A stretch of 64,000 bases of DNA from Epiperipatus broadwayi (Eukaryota; Animalia; Onychophora), in the NCBI GenBank assembly GCA_028023455.1, contig JAQFVV010000008.1:13206001-13270000 (forward strand). Reading direction: 5' to 3'. Below, in pieces: positions 62,551-64,000 of the stretch; within the stretch, counting starts at the first letter, position 1; each line of letters starts with the position of its first letter. The notes below the pieces were generated by a model, which was not told the origin of the DNA, made no database searches, and saw only the letters and a list, made by a program, of their open reading frames with translations. The position numbers and the translations under genes were made by a program.

Positions 62551-64000
62551 ATATATATATATATATATTGTAATTAACATATAAATATTTATTATAGAAA
62601 AATATAAAATGATAAAAGAATAATATTTTAAATATCATGATGAGTTTTAGTGTTTAATATATATAAAAAAAATTACATTTTCCCAATTGATGTTATATGA
62701 AAAAATTGAAATAAAAAGTAACTGTCCATTTACTTTATTTATTTATTTAGCTTATTTATAGTCTTTAGAGATTTCTAATAAAGTTTCTGATTATTTACTC
62801 TATTCCTTTTTAATATTTACTAAAGCTGTAACCTCAAGAATGTGTGCATAAAAATGCGATAGTAGGGACTTCTACAGGTCTTAACCACAAGCTTACATTT
62901 TGGAAGAAAAGAGGAGAACCCTTCTTTACTTCAACCTACTTTCTATATAAATAGGTGAAGCTGAAGCAGTTAGATCTGAGAGTGTGAAGCTATTCAATAC
63001 TTCACTGATTAAGTCCACATTTCTTATTACATCTTAATACTCGTGAAATCTTTCGATTTACAACAAGTCAATGGAAAGATTTTATAGTTAGAAATCTATT
63101 ACGATAATTTAAAGTTATAATTACAAATTTATTTAAATGCACATTGATTACGTAAGTAATATTTACTAAGGCGGTAACCTCAAGAATGTACTTTCCATGA
63201 TATTAATAACCTAAGGATATAACAAAATCTGATGTATTTTTTGTTTTTACTAACTCCTGTTTGACAAATAATATCTGCAAACTTCCCTCATATAGTTGTT
63301 CCTAACCCAAGCTCATTTTCCCCCAATTTGATTTACGAGCCCAACTGTAAATGAAGCAGATGGCAGGAAGAGTTTGGAACCTTCCAACCACGTTCCCTTA
63401 CAAAATACAATTTCAGTGCTGCCACTTGCAATAGTACTGTTTGTCAGAGGTGTGTATGTAAAAAGTCATACTGTGACCATTAGGGCACATTTTGACTGAT
63501 AGCAGGATGTCTCATTATTGGAAATAAAGAATGTTTTTTTTCAATAGTTGGCAGCTTCCAAATTGTCATCATTTTATCCAAGAACCACTTATTAACAATG
63601 CAGAATTAAATGACAAGAAGATGAAAACTTGAAATTCAAGATGAGAAAACACAAAACAAACTTTGAATATCAAAAAGTCCAAAAAAATGCAGAAGTAAAT
63701 AACAAAATTGAAATTAAAGATGAAAAAAATGCAGAATTTACTAACAACTAACTTGAAATTTAAATAACAAACTTTTTAATGAAAAAAAAAATTGAATAGA
63801 ACCAACAATGCAGAATTAAATGCACAAAACTCTCAAAAAGGCACTAATATAATAGTTTTTATTGTACACATTTCAAAACATATTTTTCTGCATGTTTAAA
63901 AACCTATTTTTCAAGAGAAATAATACTCAAACTACAAGGTTTATTTGACGCTCGCAAAATTACTTCTTTATTGCATATGTGAAAAGGCTTCCTAAGTTTT

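Overview
Very AT-rich animal genomic DNA, probably from an invertebrate; the taxon cannot be fixed from sequence alone. There is one convincing host gene, a divergent class A (rhodopsin-like) GPCR at 7346-8365 (+). The rest is largely a transposon graveyard. It holds a decayed Ty3/gypsy pol (~3-5 kb, -), at least five Penelope-like element (PLE) remnants, a LINE split by a 1.67-kb solo LTR (23.5-26.6 kb), a near full-length decayed L1/Tx1-type LINE (30.7-35.6 kb), a hAT MITE with an 8-bp TSD, a decayed hAT transposase, several foldback elements, and a two-LTR Ty3/gypsy provirus (55647-62550) with most of gag deleted. The most striking unannotated layer is RNA structure. About nine minimal type I hammerhead ribozyme motifs from three PLE families occur, repeatedly in head-to-head inverted arrangements. 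One family has a conserved AUGAAUA core, an apparent A3-U8 compensatory swap of the C3-G8 pair. Two TSD-flanked, A-tailed tRNA-Gly-type retroposons share complementary leader/trailer sequences, and one is reduced to acceptor stem plus D arm. CpG depletion is strong but mosaic, with CpG-retaining zones over the GPCR and at 21.4-23.3 kb. All alignments and folds were done by eye; boundaries of decayed elements are approximate.
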